Assembly: GCA_003696505.1 (NCBI GenBank)
Contig: RFHC01000063.1
Coordinates: 1-47,417 of the forward strand
DNA: 47,417 nucleotides
From: Deltaproteobacteria bacterium
Lineage (GTDB): Bacteria > Desulfobacterota > Deferrimicrobia > J040
Reading direction: 5' to 3'
In this document: positions 26,799 through 34,853 of the stretch, one piece after another
How positions within the stretch are numbered: the stretch's first letter is position 1
How the letters are laid out: every line of letters starts with the position of its first letter
Notes under the pieces: generated by a model
Databases searched by the model: none
Told to the model about the DNA's origin: nothing
The model's input: only the letters and a program-made list of their open reading frames with translations
Program-made: the position numbers and the translations under genes

Positions 26799-26826
26799 TT
26801 TATATTAGGGGCACGGAGGGTGTCAA
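26799..26826 (-). promoter_or_regulatory. Near-consensus sigma-70 promoter for the gcvH-Rieske-cytochrome operon
   Basis: The minus strand reads TTGACA (26826..26821), a 16-nt spacer, then TATAAA (26804..26799). It lies about 33 nt upstream of the gcvH ATG. Confidence 0.55.
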
Positions 26827-26878
26827 TCCGTTTTTCCCGCCAGAGAATACCCCGATTCCCGGAGCGGCGACTTTCCCC

Positions 26879-27280
26879 TCACGAATTCCGGGAGAGACAG
26901 CTGGCACAGGTTCCGTAAAAGACGACCTGGAAAGATGCGACCTTACCCACGCCTTTTAAAACCGTCTCGTCGATGAAATCCCCGCTCCTTACTCCATGGA
27001 CGTCGATGATGGAGTCGCAGGTTGTGCAGTGAAAGTGTCCGTGGGGACTCACTTCGGCATCATATCGGGCGCTCGGGCTGAATTCGCTTTTGATTTCGAT
27101 TATTTTCCCCTGGTCCTTCAGGATTTTCAGGTTCCTGTAGACCGTTCCCAGGGATAGATTGGGAATGATTTTCCTGGCCTCCTGGTAAATCCACTCGGCG
27201 TCGGGGTGGCTGTGGGTGTTTTTCAGGACGCTGAGGACGACGTTCCTCTGCCTCGTATTTCTCCTCTTGACCTCCTTCAT
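26879..27280 (-). CDS. Fur family metalloregulator (Fur/PerR/Zur, subtype not resolved)
   Basis: 133 aa with NTRQRNVVLSVL...HPDAEWIY...LSLGTVYRNLKIL winged helix, an HGHFHCTTC box and a C-terminal CASC box. Confidence 0.85.
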   Translation of the reverse strand: MKEVKRRNTRQRNVVLSVLKNTHSHPDAEWIYQEARKIIPNLSLGTVYRNLKILKDQGKIIEIKSEFSPSARYDAEVSPHGHFHCTTCDSIIDVHGVRSGDFIDETVLKGVGKVASFQVVFYGTCASCLSRNS

Positions 27281-27326
27281 CTTTCCCCCCTTCTTCCTGT
27301 CCGGTTCACGACAATCCCCGATTCAC

Positions 27327-27341
27327 TGTATAATGTATTGA
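27327..27341. promoter_or_regulatory. Fur-box-like 15-mer upstream of the fur-family gene
   Basis: TGTATAATGTATTGA lies 47-61 nt upstream of the fur-family ATG. It matches 12 of 15 positions of the palindrome at 38470..38484. Confidence 0.3.
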
Positions 27342-27477
27342 CCGTGCTCTCTCACTGATGGTAAAAGTTATCCTTACTCTGAAGGATATTAGCACAACTT
27401 TTACGGGAGTGTGAACCGGAATTTTGATTTTCTTATAATATTTTCAAGGCTCCAGAGGAATGGGGCTTTCCGGAAGC

Positions 27478-27571
27478 GGAGGGGTGCCGGAGCCTGGCTG
27501 AACGGGGCCGACTCGAAATCGGCTTGGCGGTTAGCCCCGCCACGGGGGTTCGAATCCCTCCCCCTCCGCCA
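27478..27571 (+). tRNA. tRNA-Ser (anticodon CGA), CCA encoded
   Basis: Acceptor stem GGAGGGG/CCCCTCC. Anticodon stem GCCGA/TCGGC with loop CTCGAAA. Long variable arm (GGCGG..CCGCC), T-loop GGGGGTTCGAATCCCTC, and 3-prime GCCA. Confidence 0.9.
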
Positions 27572-27613
27572 TTTTTGATTCTTCCGGAAACCGCCCGCGG
27601 AGGCTCACCCGCA

Positions 27614-27979
27614 ATGCCGGGAGAACAGAACTTCTACAGAGAGTCGGCCACCGACTCGGAAATCAAAACCGTCTACATCATCTATGCCCTCCTCCTGGCG
27701 GGGCTCGTCATCGGTATTACGGGAATAATTGGCGTCATCGGCGCCTACATCTACCGGGGAGACCTCCCCCCCTGGCTGGAGACCCACATCCAGAACCAGA
27801 TTCGGACATTCTGGGGCGGCTTTCTCATATTCCTCGTCTCCATTCCCCTCATGATGATTCTCGTCGGCTATCCCCTTCTCGTGGCGGGAATCATCTGGTA
27901 CATCGTGCGGTGCGTGAAGGGTCTGAAGTGTCTCAACCAGAGGCAACCCTACCCCAAACCGGATTCCTGGGGTTTTTAA
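27614..27979 (+). CDS. Small integral membrane protein (COG3671/DUF4870-like)
   Basis: The start is set to the ATG at 27614, which lies downstream of the tRNA and has GGAGG 11 nt upstream. The blocks YIIYALLLAGLVIGITGIIGVIGAYIYRGD.PPWLETHIQNQIRTFW and IVRCVKGLKCLNQRQPYPKPDSW match a widespread small membrane protein family of unknown function. Confidence 0.7.
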   Translation: MPGEQNFYRESATDSEIKTVYIIYALLLAGLVIGITGIIGVIGAYIYRGDLPPWLETHIQNQIRTFWGGFLIFLVSIPLMMILVGYPLLVAGIIWYIVRCVKGLKCLNQRQPYPKPDSWGF

Positions 27980-27989
27980 CGGCTCGGAG

Positions 27990-30383
27990 ATGAACATCCC
28001 CTTTATCCCCGAGGAAACGCTCGAACTCCTGGAGTGGGAGAAAATCCGTTCCCGCGTCGAGCAACTCTGCAGCACGGAGGCAGGGAGAGTCCGGGCGCGG
28101 GAAATCACTTTTTCTCACGACCCCGAAGAGGTGAGGAGAGCCCTCGGGGAGGTCACCCAGATGCGGTCACTCCTTTCGACGGAGAATCTCCCGCCCTTAA
28201 CGCCCCTGCCCGTCGTCGACGAGGAACTGGAAAGAGCGCGCGCCGGGGGAATTCTCCCCGCCGCCACCCTGGGAAAGATACTGAGCGGACTCCTCTCCAC
28301 GGAAAGGATTCGCAGATTTTTCCGGGAGAGGAAGGGGAAATACCCTCTCCTCTCCCGAATCGTCCGGGAGATTCCCGACCTCTCATCGCTCACATCGTAC
28401 CTGGACTCGAAGGTGGACGAGAAAGGGGACGTGAGGGAGACGGCATCGCCCATTCTGAAGCAGCTGAAGGAGAGGCTCGAGAGAGCGAGGAAACGCGTTC
28501 AGGAAACCGCTCAGGCCATTATGGACCACCCCACCTACCGCCGCCACCTCCAGGACCGCTTCGTCACTCTCCGGGGAGAAAGGAGCGTCCTTCCCTTCAA
28601 ACCGTCCATAAGGAGCGTTTCCCGGGGAATCCTTCACGAGACATCCCAGTCGGGACAGACTCTGTATTTTGAGCCGGAAGAGCTCGTTCAGGCGAACAAC
28701 GAGTATGCCCGGGCAAAGTCTGAGTTCGACGAGGAGGTAACCCGCATTCTGGCAGAGGTATCACTCCGCATCGGGGGGGAAGCCGACCAGGTGGCAGATG
28801 CGTTTCGGTGGGGTGGGTACCTCGACTACACAGTCGCCCGGGCTCTCTTCGGAGAAGAGCTCGGTGGGAGCGAACCGGCCGTGCAAACGTCGGGGAGAGT
28901 GAGACTCGTTTCCGCCCGTCACCCCATCCTCGTCATGAGCGGAAAGGACCCGGTCCCCAATGACGTATCGCTGGGTGGGGAAAGGAACTTCCTCATCGTC
29001 ACTGGTCCCAACGCGGGAGGAAAGACCGTCCTCCTCAAGACGGTGGGGCTCTCGGTCCTCATGACGATGGCAGGGCTTCCCATTCCAGCGGGAAGCGACT
29101 CAACCGTCTCCCTCTTCGAGAAGGTGCTCGTGGCCATGGGGGACATGCAGGCTCTCGACCGGGACCTCTCCACCTTCTCCGCCGATATTCTCGCGCTGAA
29201 GAAGTTCTACGAAGAAGCCCACGCAAAGACGCTCATCCTCCTGGACGAGGTCATTACCGGGACGGACCCGAAAGAGGGGGGAGCGCTCGGGAGAGCGTTT
29301 CTGAAAAAACTCGCCGACAGGGGAGCCGTCGGCATCGTGACGACTCACTTCGAGGAGGTGAAATACCTCCCCTTCGAGGACAGGCGCTTTGCCGTCGGCA
29401 CAATGGGTTTCTCTGAAACGGAGGGGAAGCCCACATTCAGGCTCGAGGAGGGGATACCCGGAAGGTCCATGGGAATCTCCGTGGCCGAGAAGCTCGGCTT
29501 CCCGCAGGAAATCATTGCGGAAGCGAGGAAAAACCTGGGAGAAGAGGGAGAAAATGTGGAAGCCCTCGTGAGAGAATTGACGTCCCTCCGGGAAGAACAG
29601 GCACGCCTCAGGGAAAAGCTGGAAGAGGAGAGAAAGAGGCTGAGGCAGGAGAGGGAAAGGCTGGAGGAGCAGAGGAAAAGACTTCTCCGCCAGAGAGAGG
29701 AACTCATCCAGGAAGCCAGGGAGAAAGCTCTCTCCCTCATCTCCCGCGTCGAGGAGAGGGTGAGGGAGGTCCAGCAGGAACTGAAAAAGTCGCGAAAGCT
29801 GGATGTGGTCCGGAAAGCCTCAGAGGTCATGCGCACACTGAAAAAGGAGGTGGGCGAGAAACCCCTCTCCCCCGACCTCCAGAAGAAGATGAGTTCTACC
29901 CGACCTGTCTCCTCCCCGGATGAGGTCAGGCCCGGGATGACCGTCTTCGTCCCGTCGCTCGAGAAAGAAGGGACCGTCGAGTCGGTGGGGAAGGATGAAG
30001 TCTCCGTCGCATTCGGACTCGTCAAGACCCGCGTCAAACTCCACGACATAAGGGTTTACGGTCACAGAGGAAGGGAAGCGGAGGAAAAGAGACGGAGGCC
30101 CCCCCTCACCGGGAAGGGAAGGGATATCGTGGTGAGAGGGAGCGAGAACACCATCGACCTGCGGGGGAAAACGGCGGAGGAAGCGCTCGAGGAGGTGGAC
30201 CGCTTCCTCGACGGCGCTTCCCTCAGAGGAGTCCCCGCCGTCTTCATCATTCACGGGCACGGGACGGGAATTCTCAGGAAAAGGGTCCGCGACTACCTGA
30301 AGGAGTCGCCTTACGTCTCTTCATTCAGGCCGGGAGACGAGTCGGAGGGAGGCGACGGCGTCACCGTGGCTTACCTGGAGTGA
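27990..30383 (+). CDS. mutS2: Endonuclease MutS2 (MutS domain plus C-terminal Smr domain)
   Basis: 797 aa with Walker A TGPNAGGKTV, DEVITGTDP, a long coiled-coil, and the Smr domain (IDLRGKTAEEALEEVDRFLD...IIHGHGTGILRKRVRDYL). Confidence 0.95.
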   Translation: MNIPFIPEETLELLEWEKIRSRVEQLCSTEAGRVRAREITFSHDPEEVRRALGEVTQMRSLLSTENLPPLTPLPVVDEELERARAGGILPAATLGKILSGLLSTERIRRFFRERKGKYPLLSRIVREIPDLSSLTSYLDSKVDEKGDVRETASPILKQLKERLERARKRVQETAQAIMDHPTYRRHLQDRFVTLRGERSVLPFKPSIRSVSRGILHETSQSGQTLYFEPEELVQANNEYARAKSEFDEEVTRILAEVSLRIGGEADQVADAFRWGGYLDYTVARALFGEELGGSEPAVQTSGRVRLVSARHPILVMSGKDPVPNDVSLGGERNFLIVTGPNAGGKTVLLKTVGLSVLMTMAGLPIPAGSDSTVSLFEKVLVAMGDMQALDRDLSTFSADILALKKFYEEAHAKTLILLDEVITGTDPKEGGALGRAFLKKLADRGAVGIVTTHFEEVKYLPFEDRRFAVGTMGFSETEGKPTFRLEEGIPGRSMGISVAEKLGFPQEIIAEARKNLGEEGENVEALVRELTSLREEQARLREKLEEERKRLRQERERLEEQRKRLLRQREELIQEAREKALSLISRVEERVREVQQELKKSRKLDVVRKASEVMRTLKKEVGEKPLSPDLQKKMSSTRPVSSPDEVRPGMTVFVPSLEKEGTVESVGKDEVSVAFGLVKTRVKLHDIRVYGHRGREAEEKRRRPPLTGKGRDIVVRGSENTIDLRGKTAEEALEEVDRFLDGASLRGVPAVFIIHGHGTGILRKRVRDYLKESPYVSSFRPGDESEGGDGVTVAYLE

Positions 30384-30389
30384 CCCCTC

Positions 30390-31775
30390 TCACCCGACCT
30401 CGTTGTACTCTCTCACTCTGAGCGGAACGCCCAGCTCCTCTGCGAGGCGGCGGCATGCCTCCACGTCGAGCCCTGGAAGGTCCACGACCGTGACCTGAAC
30501 TTCACGGAAGTGCTTCCTCGACTCACGGACGAAGTCGAGGAGAAATTGAAAGGACGCCTCCCCGTAAGGGTTTGGACAGAGGCGGGCGTAGGTCGCCGCG
30601 TCTGGAGCGTTGAGGCTCACGGAAACGGAATCGATCACCCCGGCAAGTTCGGGAACGACGTTCCTCCCGTGGACCAGGTTTGCCAGGCCGTCGGTGTTGA
30701 GCCGGATTTTCCGGGCCCCTCTCTCCCGGAGAATGCGAGCCAGGGTTTTTATCTCCTCCAGCCGGAGGGTGGGTTCCCCGAAACCGCAGAAGACCACCTC
30801 GTCGTAGGGAGTCACGTCGCCTGCCGCCTCGAGTATCTCCTCCACCGTCGGTTCCCGGTCCAGCTTCAGGTAGTGCCCCTTCACGAAGAAGTCCTTCCTC
30901 TTGCTGCAGAAAACACAGCGGTTCGTGCACCTGTTCGTCACGTTCAGGTAGAGGGAGTTCCGTATCTCATAGGCGAGCTTCGTCTCGAAGCGCTCCTGAA
31001 TTCCGAAGAAGAGGAAAGCGTTCGTCGCCGTGACCCTCCCCACGTCCTTCAGGGAGAGTCCTTTCAATTGTGCAATTCTCTCCGCGGTGTGGACGATGAG
31101 CGCCGGCTCGTTGGGTTTCCCCCGGTGAGGCTCCGGCGTCAGGTAGGGCGCATCCGTCTCGATGAGGAGACGGTCTATCGTCACGTTTTCGACCACCTGA
31201 ACGATCTTCTTCGCGTTCCTGTAGGTGACGACCCCCGGAATGGAAAGGTAAAACCCCATGTCGATGAGGCGCTTCGCGAAATCGAGAGACCCGGAGAAAC
31301 AGTGGAAGAGAACTCCCCTTTCCGGAGGGCCCTCCTCCTGGAGAATCTCCATAACCCTGCCGTGGGCCTCCCTGTCGTGGATGATGAGGGGCTTCCCCAC
31401 CTCTTTCGCGAGGCGGATGTGCCTCCGAAACGCCTCTTCCTGGGCGCTTCTGTCTGCGTAGTTTCGGTAGAAGTCGAGCCCGGTCTCTCCCACGGCCACG
31501 ACCCGGGGATGGCCGGCCAATTCCTTAAGGTCCTCCATCGCCCCGTCGTCTGCCTCATCCGCGTTGTGGGGATGAATCCCCACCGCCGCAAAGACGCCGT
31601 CATATCTCTCGGCAAAGCGAATGTTCTCCCGGCAACTCTCCAGGTCGATGCCTATCGTGACCATCCACCCCACTCCCGATTCCCGGGCCCTCTGAACGAC
31701 GGCATCCGGGTCATCCGAGAGAGGGGGAATGTCCAGGTGGGTGTGGGAATCGAAGAGGAACCCCTCCATGGTCAC
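30390..31775 (-). CDS. TatD-family metal hydrolase fused to a small radical SAM domain
   Basis: 461 aa. Residues 1 to about 255 are TatD-like (DSHTHLD, GETGLDFY, IHDREAH, ETDAPYL). The C-terminal 200 aa or so carry NVTNRCTNRCVFCSK (CxxxCxxC, nt 30897..30950) and a GFGEPTL glycine-rich SAM motif. Confidence 0.85.
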   Translation of the reverse strand: MTMEGFLFDSHTHLDIPPLSDDPDAVVQRARESGVGWMVTIGIDLESCRENIRFAERYDGVFAAVGIHPHNADEADDGAMEDLKELAGHPRVVAVGETGLDFYRNYADRSAQEEAFRRHIRLAKEVGKPLIIHDREAHGRVMEILQEEGPPERGVLFHCFSGSLDFAKRLIDMGFYLSIPGVVTYRNAKKIVQVVENVTIDRLLIETDAPYLTPEPHRGKPNEPALIVHTAERIAQLKGLSLKDVGRVTATNAFLFFGIQERFETKLAYEIRNSLYLNVTNRCTNRCVFCSKRKDFFVKGHYLKLDREPTVEEILEAAGDVTPYDEVVFCGFGEPTLRLEEIKTLARILRERGARKIRLNTDGLANLVHGRNVVPELAGVIDSVSVSLNAPDAATYARLCPNPYGEASFQFLLDFVRESRKHFREVQVTVVDLPGLDVEACRRLAEELGVPLRVREYNEVG

Positions 31776-33301
31776 TCAATCCTCGGAAAGACGATGGCCC
31801 TCTCCGGCAGGTTGACCCCTTCAGGGTAGAGGCCGAACTCCACATCTTCGGGAATCCTCTTCTCTCCCAGGTCCTTCCCCAGGCCGAGAATTTCCCATAT
31901 CCTCTCCGCGCTTCCGGGCATGAAAGGATAGACGAAAATTGTGGAAATCCTGAGGGTTTCGAGGACGGAATAGAGGACGGTCTCGAGCCTTCCCTTCGCC
32001 GATGGGTCTTTTGCGAGTGTCCAGGGAGCCGTGTCGTCAAGGTATTTGTTGGCAGCGTTGATGACGCCCCATATCGTCTCGAGGGCCCGGTGAAACTCGA
32101 GACGTTCCATTCTCTCCTCCAGGTCTGCCGTGGCCTGCTTGATGTCGCCGATGAGACGCCTCTCCCTGTCGGAAAAAGTTCCTTTCGACGGAGAGCGTCC
32201 GCCCAGGTAGCGGCGGACCATGTTCAGTGTCCTGTTGAGGAGATTCCCGTAGTCGTTGGCCAGGTCCGAGTTCACCCGGTGGACCATCGCAGCGTGGGAA
32301 AAGTCTCCGTCCAGCCCGAAGGGGACCTCCCTCAGGAGAAAGTAGCGAAACTGGTCAACGCCGTACTTGTCTGTCACCTCGTAGGGGTCCACCACGTTTC
32401 CCAGCGACTTGGACATCTTCTGCCCCTCAACGGTCCACCACCCGTGAGCGAAGACCCTCCGGGGAGGCTCTATTCCCGCAGACATGAGGAAGGCGGGCCA
32501 GTACACGGTGTGGAACCGGAGGATGTCCTTCCCGATGAGGTGAACGTCGGCGGGCCAGTACCTCTCGAACATCTCCCTGTTATCCGGGTAGCCCACGCCG
32601 GTGATGTAGTTGGTGAGCGCATCGAACCAGACGTAGATGACGTGAGACTGGTTCACGGGGACAGGGATTCCCCACGAAAAGGAGGTGCGGCTCACGCTCA
32701 AATCCTTGAGCCCCTCGCTGACGAAGGAAACGATCTCGTTCCTCCTCGTTTCGGGCATGATGAAGTCGGGGTTCTCCTCGTAGTACCTGAGGAGGCGGTC
32801 CTGATACTTCGAGAGCCTGAAGAAGTACGACTCCTCCTTCAGCTTCTCCACAGGCCTCCTGCAGTCAGGACAGAGGCCGTCCACGAGCTGCATCTCCGTC
32901 CAGAAAGACTCGCAGGGAGTGCAGTACCAGTCCTCGTACTCGCCCAGGTAGATGTCCCCGTTCTCGAGAGCTTTCTTGAAAATATCCTGGACGGCCGTAT
33001 AGTGACGGGGCTCCGATGTCCGGATGAAGTCGCTGTTGCTGATGTTCAATTTCTCCCAGAGTTCTTTGAAACGAACCACCACCCGGTCAGCCAGTTCCTT
33101 CGGTTTCAACCCCTGGGAAAGGGCGGACTTCTCCACCTTCTGCCCGTGCTCGTCCGTCCCGGTCAGGAAGAAGACGTCGTATCCCGTCAACCGCCGGTAC
33201 CGGGCCATCACGTCAGCGGCAATGGTCGTGTAGGCGTGACCGATGTGAGGGATGTCGTTGACGTAGTAGATGGGCGTGGTGATGTAGAATTTCCGTCCCA
33301 T
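31772..33301 (-). CDS. metG: Methionine--tRNA ligase
   Basis: 509 aa with the HIGH motif (PHIGHAYT), the zinc knuckle CTPCESF...CPDC, and KMSKS. Confidence 0.95.
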   Translation of the reverse strand: MGRKFYITTPIYYVNDIPHIGHAYTTIAADVMARYRRLTGYDVFFLTGTDEHGQKVEKSALSQGLKPKELADRVVVRFKELWEKLNISNSDFIRTSEPRHYTAVQDIFKKALENGDIYLGEYEDWYCTPCESFWTEMQLVDGLCPDCRRPVEKLKEESYFFRLSKYQDRLLRYYEENPDFIMPETRRNEIVSFVSEGLKDLSVSRTSFSWGIPVPVNQSHVIYVWFDALTNYITGVGYPDNREMFERYWPADVHLIGKDILRFHTVYWPAFLMSAGIEPPRRVFAHGWWTVEGQKMSKSLGNVVDPYEVTDKYGVDQFRYFLLREVPFGLDGDFSHAAMVHRVNSDLANDYGNLLNRTLNMVRRYLGGRSPSKGTFSDRERRLIGDIKQATADLEERMERLEFHRALETIWGVINAANKYLDDTAPWTLAKDPSAKGRLETVLYSVLETLRISTIFVYPFMPGSAERIWEILGLGKDLGEKRIPEDVEFGLYPEGVNLPERAIVFPRIE

Positions 33302-33319
33302 ATCCCCTCCTTCCCCCGT

Positions 33320-34045
33320 TTATTCGAAAGAATCGTCCGCTCCCGCCGTGAGCGAACTCTCTTCCTCCTCAGGATAACCCTTTTCCTCCTCCTCTTCCAC
33401 CTGGTTCCCCAGAGCATAGGAGCCGTGCTCGTAAATGAGGCAGCACATGAGCCGACCGCAGAGGCCGGAGAGCTTCGCCGGGTTGAGGACGAGGTTCTGG
33501 TCCTTTGCGAGCTTCACCGAAATCGGCTCGAAGTCGTTCAGGTGGGAAGCGCAGCAGAGTTCCTTCCCGCACGGACCTATTCCCCCGATCATCCTTGCCT
33601 CGTCGCGGACTCCTATCTGCCTCATCTCGATTCGGGTCCTCAACTTCTGCGCAAGGTCCCTCACGAGTTCACGAAAGTCGACGCGACCGTCTGCGGTGAA
33701 GTAAAAGACGACCTTTGACCGGTCCAGGAGGTATTCCGTGCGGACGAGCTTCATCGGAAGGTTTCGAGCTTCTATCCTCTCCAGGCAAAATCGGTGGGCG
33801 AACTTCTCCTTCTCCCGGTTTTCCTCGCTTCTCCGGAGGTCCTTTTCCGTCCCCTTCCTGATGACGGGGGGAATCTGCGCCTTCCCGTTCGGCGTCACCC
33901 CGCGGAAAACCTTCACCACCCTGCCCAGCTGGATGCCCCGGAATCCCTCGACGACGACCCAGTCGCCGGGGGAAATCTCTTTCCCGGTGGCGTCGTATCT
34001 CATGCAGCGAGCTACCCCTGGAAGTTTGACGAGAACGATGTCCAT
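33320..34045 (-). CDS. ricT: PSP1 domain protein, RicT/YaaT-like
   Basis: 241 aa. FYFTADGRVDFRELVRDLAQKLRTRIEMRQIGVRDEARMIGGIGPCGKELCC...GLCGRLMCCL is nearly colinear with Bacillus YaaT. Confidence 0.85.
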   Translation of the reverse strand: MDIVLVKLPGVARCMRYDATGKEISPGDWVVVEGFRGIQLGRVVKVFRGVTPNGKAQIPPVIRKGTEKDLRRSEENREKEKFAHRFCLERIEARNLPMKLVRTEYLLDRSKVVFYFTADGRVDFRELVRDLAQKLRTRIEMRQIGVRDEARMIGGIGPCGKELCCASHLNDFEPISVKLAKDQNLVLNPAKLSGLCGRLMCCLIYEHGSYALGNQVEEEEEKGYPEEEESSLTAGADDSFE

Positions 34046-34047
34046 CG

Positions 34048-34845
34048 CTACCTGCCTGATCTTTTCATCAGGGAAACGAGAGACGCTCTGACGATGAAAG
34101 ACCTGTCAAGCCCAGCCGACAGGTCCTCAACGGGGCGAATTCTATCGGAAATCTCCCGCAAAAGGTCGGGAGACCGGGCGAGCAGTCTCGCTTTCCCTTC
34201 ACTCACGCCGAGTTCTATTATACCCCTTTTCGACCCGAGGGAAAGCTCCAGGAGGGCGTTGAAAAACCTCCTGAGGAGGAAAATCCGCCTGTCCACATCC
34301 TCTCTCTCTGCATCCCGGAAGAACTTCGAGAAAGCCTCCACCTCCCTCATGTCCTGCTGGACGAGGGCATCAAGGAGGCGGGAAACCGGATAATCCTCCT
34401 CCGCAGGCTCTCTCCCGACCTCCAGGCGATGGGAGTGAAGTCGCGAGAGAAGCGTGACGGGAAGCCTTCCCCTGTTCCCGACCGTGAGAATGAAGAAGAC
34501 GCCCCCGGGGGGTTCCTCCAGCACCCTCAGGAGAGCGTTCGCCGCGTTTCTGTTCAATTTTTCCGCCGGGTGGATGATGACCACCCTCCTCTCTCCGGTG
34601 AGAGCCTTCAGGGAGACTTCGCCCCTTATCCTCCTCACGTCGTCGACGCGAATCTCTCCTTCTTCGGGGGTGACGAAGAAAAGGGAAGGGTGGGTCCGTT
34701 CGAAGACGGAACGGCACTCTTCACATACCCGGCAGGGAGGTTCCGCCTCTCTGCAAAAAATCGCCGCCGCCACGGCAAGGGCTTCTCCCTCCCTGAGAGA
34801 AGGGGGTCCTCCTTCCAGGAGGAGACATTGCGGATATTCCTTCAT
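34048..34845 (-). CDS. holB: DNA polymerase III delta-prime subunit (short form)
   Basis: 265 aa. It has a Cys-rich zinc module (CRVCEECRSV), NAANALLRVLEEPP, and an SRL-type sensor (LLSRL). The Walker A is degenerate, as is usual for delta-prime. It sits between tmk and ricT. Confidence 0.7.
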   Translation of the reverse strand: MKEYPQCLLLEGGPPSLREGEALAVAAAIFCREAEPPCRVCEECRSVFERTHPSLFFVTPEEGEIRVDDVRRIRGEVSLKALTGERRVVIIHPAEKLNRNAANALLRVLEEPPGGVFFILTVGNRGRLPVTLLSRLHSHRLEVGREPAEEDYPVSRLLDALVQQDMREVEAFSKFFRDAEREDVDRRIFLLRRFFNALLELSLGSKRGIIELGVSEGKARLLARSPDLLREISDRIRPVEDLSAGLDRSFIVRASLVSLMKRSGR

Positions 34846-34853
34846 CCTCCCCT

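Noticed and set aside
27524-27613. N-terminal 30 codons of the track ORF 27524..27979.
   Set aside because: This stretch overlaps the 3-prime half of tRNA-Ser. The ATG at 27614 has a GGAGG RBS, and the conserved membrane-protein sequence begins there.
30510-33718. 439-aa and 542-aa plus-strand ORFs (30510..31829 and 32090..33718) opposite the TatD-rSAM gene, metG and ricT. Similar ORFs lie at 43178..44104 and 45631..47403, opposite the secreted protein and the kinase.
   Set aside because: Antisense shadows of genes with unambiguous family motifs (HIGH/KMSKS, CxxxCxxC, H-box). They have no independent start signals.
34048-34845. Possible holB pseudogene because the Walker A is degenerate and the protein is short.
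   Set aside because: Delta-prime subunits typically lack a functional P-loop. The frame is intact, the zinc module and sensor motifs are present, and gene spacing is operon-like.
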